The notes under the pieces: model-generated
Told to the model about the DNA's origin: nothing
The model's database searches: none
Seen by the model: the letters and a program-made list of their open reading frames with translations, nothing else
Assembly: GCA_963662265.2 (NCBI GenBank)
Contig: CAXXHA010000013.1
Coordinates: forward strand, 108,110 to 172,109
Length of the DNA stretch: 64,000 nucleotides
Direction: 5' to 3'
From: Spirochaetia bacterium
GTDB lineage: Bacteria > Spirochaetota > Spirochaetia > CADAEX01
Shown: positions 60,419 through 64,000 of the stretch, piece by piece
Layout of the letters: every line of letters begins with the position of its first letter
How positions within the stretch are numbered: the stretch's first letter is position 1
Program-made: the position numbers and the translations under genes

Positions 60419-61432
60419 TTATTCTGCTGTTTCTGTTATTTCCTGTATTCTTTTCATAATATCTTCTTTTGAATAAAGATTTGTTATATACAGGATTTCA
60501 TTCAGATAAGTGACTGCTTTGTCATATTTCTTTTCCCGTATGGAAATTTCTGCAAGATTTTTTAATGCCTTGTCATAAAGATCAGGCATCGGGTATTCTG
60601 TTATTATCCTGTCGTAAAGATTGGAGGCTTTTTTGTGATTGTTTTGTATCATGTGTATTGCCCCTGCCTTGTAGAGAGCATAAGGATAAAATTCTGAATC
60701 AGTATTTGTATCAATAATATGGTTATATGCTGAAAGAGCTTCATCAAGAAATCCCTCTTCAACAGACCTGTTGCCCAGTATGAAATATTCCCTTAGATCT
60801 GTTTTTTCCTCAATGTGATTAATCCTGCTGTATCGATCTTTAAATTTATTTTTATTTAAATGCAGCATAATATCTGCAGAGATGAAAAGTGTATTTACAA
60901 TATAGGTTGAAAGGACAAAAGGGGATAAAAGCGCGTCATCATAACGGGGATTTGAAAGTTCATTGACTGTGAGCGCAGCTGAAAATCCTCCCATGACCGG
61001 GATAATAATATTCAGACTGTCAATATATTTCTGTTTTGGATATTCCGGTTCAACACTGATATTATCTTCATTGCTTATAGTATAATTACCATTTATCAGA
61101 TTGTAATTTTTTGTTTTTTCATTGTCGGAAACATTTAATGTGAAAAAATCCTGTTGCAGTGAAATATTGATTATCTTATTTGTATCTTCTTCTGCTTCCA
61201 GAATAACTTTTTTATTTTTATAACCATGTTTGGATATCTCGATTCTGTGTTTCCCTTTATTCAGAGTTTTAAGCAGGACAGGAGTTTTATTCTTCTGTTT
61301 TTCTCCATTTACTGTTATATTGCAGTTTAGTGGCGAAGTTACAATGAAAACTGCGGTGTTTTCTTCAGATGTTGCAGAATGTATAATAATCAATGATATA
61401 AATATTATAAGTAAAATATTCCTAAAATGCAT
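60419..61432 (-). CDS. Exported PEGA-domain plus TPR protein
   Basis: Signal peptide; TSP...VNG...KTP...GKHRIEISKHGY; TPR helices ALYKAG, IITEYP, KYDKAVTY. Confidence 0.75.
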   Translation of the reverse strand: MHFRNILLIIFISLIIIHSATSEENTAVFIVTSPLNCNITVNGEKQKNKTPVLLKTLNKGKHRIEISKHGYKNKKVILEAEEDTNKIINISLQQDFFTLNVSDNEKTKNYNLINGNYTISNEDNISVEPEYPKQKYIDSLNIIIPVMGGFSAALTVNELSNPRYDDALLSPFVLSTYIVNTLFISADIMLHLNKNKFKDRYSRINHIEEKTDLREYFILGNRSVEEGFLDEALSAYNHIIDTNTDSEFYPYALYKAGAIHMIQNNHKKASNLYDRIITEYPMPDLYDKALKNLAEISIREKKYDKAVTYLNEILYITNLYSKEDIMKRIQEITETAE

Positions 61433-61982
61433 AACCGATCCTGTTTCTGTAGCCGGGGAATGAAATCATATTATTATCAAGGAAGAAAGAATAAAAAAGT
61501 CCAATTGAAAAAAACAATTTGTTTTCAGTTCTCAGAATAATATCAATACCGGATTTAATAACCGGCTTGCTTCCTTTGTACCTGATGCTGTTTTTTGTAT
61601 ATTCCCTGAAGTAAATACCGCCCGATAGAAATGGGGAAATTGCAAGTGAAGATTTTCCGGATAAGCTGTTTATAAAACTATATCCTATGCTGATGGACGG
61701 GATAATCATATAGGAATTATCATATTGCTTATCAAGGGGGATGAAACCAAACCATTGAATATCTGCACCAAAATAAAGCGGGATTATACTTAACCCATGA
61801 AATTCATATAATAAACCTGCCCCGACAGGCAGAGAATACGGATCGTCAAAAGATTGTGTCTGTCCCATGACAGATAATTCTCCGGCAATTGAATGCATTG
61901 TATCTGAATCCCCATTTTCTGAAGCATCAAGTAAAAAAATATTTAAGATAAATATTGTTATTATAAGTAAACATCGTCTCAA
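61422..61982 (-). CDS. Probable small outer-membrane beta-barrel protein
   Basis: Signal peptide, alternating aromatic/hydrophobic strands, C-terminal RIGYAF (terminal Phe). Confidence 0.6.
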   Translation of the reverse strand: MRRCLLIITIFILNIFLLDASENGDSDTMHSIAGELSVMGQTQSFDDPYSLPVGAGLLYEFHGLSIIPLYFGADIQWFGFIPLDKQYDNSYMIIPSISIGYSFINSLSGKSSLAISPFLSGGIYFREYTKNSIRYKGSKPVIKSGIDIILRTENKLFFSIGLFYSFFLDNNMISFPGYRNRIGYAF

Positions 61983-62056
61983 CTGAATTGAATCTCCTCT
62001 GTATTCTTATTATATTAATTTCTGTATATCAATACTAAAAGAGAGATTTTACAGCT

Positions 62057-63175
62057 ATGTTTTTCCGGTATATAAAAATAATGCTTATGTTTTTATTGAG
62101 TTCATGTTCTGCAGATGGTGCATGGGATTTAATGAGAACCCAGTCTGATATTTCCAAAGAGCTTACAGGATGGAAAAACAGGATAAAGATAAATATTGAT
62201 AATTCAGCTCAGAGTGAAACTCTTACTGATTTTCCTGTACTTGTAAAACTTAACAGTACAAATATAACATACTCAAATATAAAATCTGATGGTTCAGATT
62301 TGTCATTTTATAGCAAAAATTTTGATGAAAAACTCGAGTATGAAATTGATACATGGAATCCTTCAGGAGATTCATATATATGGGTTAAGATCCCTTCTAT
62401 TCCGGGTGGATCAAATAGCAGTTATTTCTGGCTTTATTATTCAAGCGATATAAACTCCGGTGTTGAAAATTCAGCTGCTGTCTGGAGCAGTGATTACAGG
62501 GGGGTCTGGCATCTTGCTGAAAATGGAACATCCTACTCTGACAGTTCTCCTTATAGCAATAATGGCACCGGGGGGAGTTCCACTGTTAATCATACAGATC
62601 CAATTTCTGCAGATGCTGTGATTGGAAAAGGACAGGATTTAAGAGCCGCCTGGGACAGTATTATGATCCCTGAAAATTCTTCTATAAATACATTAGCCCC
62701 TTTCTCTATCTCTTTCTGGGTAAAAAATGTTACTGATACTGGTGACAGGCTGTTTTCCAAAAACCAGCTCCAGTTATGGGTATCCGGTCCTTCTCCAAGA
62801 ACAAATATAAGGCTTGAAATAGATTACAGCGGGGGGCTTCTGGAGAGAGAGTGTGATTGTATTCCTCTGGGAGTCTGGAAATATTTAACAATCACATGGG
62901 ACGGCAGCCTGGATGCTTCTAAAATTCTTTTTTATGGAGACGGTGAGCTGTTGACTCCAGGGAACAGCAATACTCCCACCGGATCAAGAACTCCTGATGA
63001 TTCAACAGATTTCTTTATTGGTAATGCAGCTTTTTACGGAGCTTCAAACAGCCGTGATTGTCTTCTTGACGAGTTCCGTATCTCCGGATCTATCCGCTCT
63101 GCCGACTGGATTAAAGCACAGTATCTTTCTCAGACGGGAAGCTTTCTAACATATGGTCCTGAAGAAAGTCTTTGA
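62057..63175 (+). CDS. DUF2341 plus LamG/ConA-like lipoprotein
   Basis: Lipobox LSSC; LTDFPVLVKL, SDGSDLSF, YEIDTW, IWVKIP, GVWHL, SISFWV, LDEFRIS..RSADWI. Confidence 0.82.
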   Translation: MFFRYIKIMLMFLLSSCSADGAWDLMRTQSDISKELTGWKNRIKINIDNSAQSETLTDFPVLVKLNSTNITYSNIKSDGSDLSFYSKNFDEKLEYEIDTWNPSGDSYIWVKIPSIPGGSNSSYFWLYYSSDINSGVENSAAVWSSDYRGVWHLAENGTSYSDSSPYSNNGTGGSSTVNHTDPISADAVIGKGQDLRAAWDSIMIPENSSINTLAPFSISFWVKNVTDTGDRLFSKNQLQLWVSGPSPRTNIRLEIDYSGGLLERECDCIPLGVWKYLTITWDGSLDASKILFYGDGELLTPGNSNTPTGSRTPDDSTDFFIGNAAFYGASNSRDCLLDEFRISGSIRSADWIKAQYLSQTGSFLTYGPEESL

Positions 63176-63312
63176 GAAGTAAAAAAGACTTGAATAATTG
63201 AAAGAAGTTATGTTTCGCTGTTTTTGATTGAGGATATATATCCGGACTGCCCCAGGAGGTAGTCCGTGTATACTTATGAAGAGAAGCTGAGAATTTCTCT
63301 GTTAATCTCTTT

Positions 63313-64000
63313 TTATTTTTTCTTTACATTCTGGCCAGTTATCTTGACCATTCCTCTCTTTTCAGCTGCTTCTATCAGTTTCTTGATTTTTGAATAACCA
63401 TGCTCTTTAATATTGATGTTCCTGTCTTTTATGGATTGCGCAATAAGAGACAGGTTTGCTGTTTTTTTACCTGTATCCTTCAGAATATTATCTATTGTTT
63501 CATCCAGTATTTTAAAGATTATCGGTACAGTCTGGTATTCATCAGCTATTTCTATTATCTGACCTTTCGGATCATTTTTCAGTTTTATATCTTTATATTT
63601 CTTTGAAAGTTCTATTATCAGACTCTTCCAGGATTTATGCCCCAGTTCTTTTTCATTGAATGATTCATTAAGCAGTTTTACTCTGACTTTTACTGCGCTT
63701 AAAAGCGGCTTTTTCTTCTTTTTCAGCAATATAGCGACTGCTTCCCTGACATAATCGGCAGCCTTGTCATATGTAAGCTTTATTTCACTGCTGTCCTGTG
63801 AGTCTTCATCAATGCTGTCAAAATCATCAGGAATCAGATCTCTGTAATCCTTGTAGGAATCTGCCAGGTCCAGAAGATCTTCATTTGCCGACTGTGAGTC
63901 GCAGATAATTATTATTTCCTTGCCGTGTTTTCTTAAAGTAATAAGAAGGTGTCTGAAATCAACATCCCCTGTCACTATTATATACTTTGTAATATGCTGA
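63313..64000 (-). CDS. NYN (PIN-like) domain protein with OST-HTH/LOTUS domains, 5' end outside the window
   Basis: IIVTGDVDF...LRKHGKEII, FNEKELGHKSW, IKEHGYSKIKKLIE; frame open to 64000. Confidence 0.8.
   Translation of the reverse strand, partial: QHITKYIIVTGDVDFRHLLITLRKHGKEIIIICDSQSANEDLLDLADSYKDYRDLIPDDFDSIDEDSQDSSEIKLTYDKAADYVREAVAILLKKKKKPLLSAVKVRVKLLNESFNEKELGHKSWKSLIIELSKKYKDIKLKNDPKGQIIEIADEYQTVPIIFKILDETIDNILKDTGKKTANLSLIAQSIKDRNINIKEHGYSKIKKLIEAAEKRGMVKITGQNVKKK

Noticed and set aside
63313-64000. NYN-LOTUS protein as a toxin or defence nuclease
   Set aside because: Widespread family, truncated by the window edge, no partner gene visible

Overview
64 kb of bacterial chromosome, most likely from a free-living anaerobic spirochaete (inferred from the lipoprotein signal peptides, bacterial XPB, the giant FlgD-Ig-tailed protein and the [FeFe]-hydrogenase-like genes; no phylogeny was run). 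Housekeeping and metabolic genes: fabD-fabG-fabF, an ECF transporter, an Opu-type osmoprotectant ABC transporter, htpG, galU, serS, uppP, a ClC channel and an XPB helicase. A TPP-riboswitch-controlled thiamine salvage operon (methyltransferase-thiM-thiE-thiL-thiD-tenA) has a +1 frameshift in its lead methyltransferase and a Cys-periodic tandem insert in ThiL. There are four cyclic-nucleotide signalling enzymes. Two accessory surface loci stand out: (i) two paralogous lipoproteins followed by a 3697-aa secreted protein with 19 tandem 73/74-aa repeats and a C-terminal FlgD-Ig domain resembling a T9SS sorting domain (20.4-33.4 kb); (ii) an AT-rich cluster of a membrane-anchored coiled-coil protein, HAMP-HD-GYP, PEGA-TPR, a small beta-barrel and a DUF2341-LamG lipoprotein (57.7-63.2 kb). 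I saw no tRNA, rRNA, CRISPR array, transposase or reverse transcriptase. All calls come from reading the sequence by eye, without database searches.
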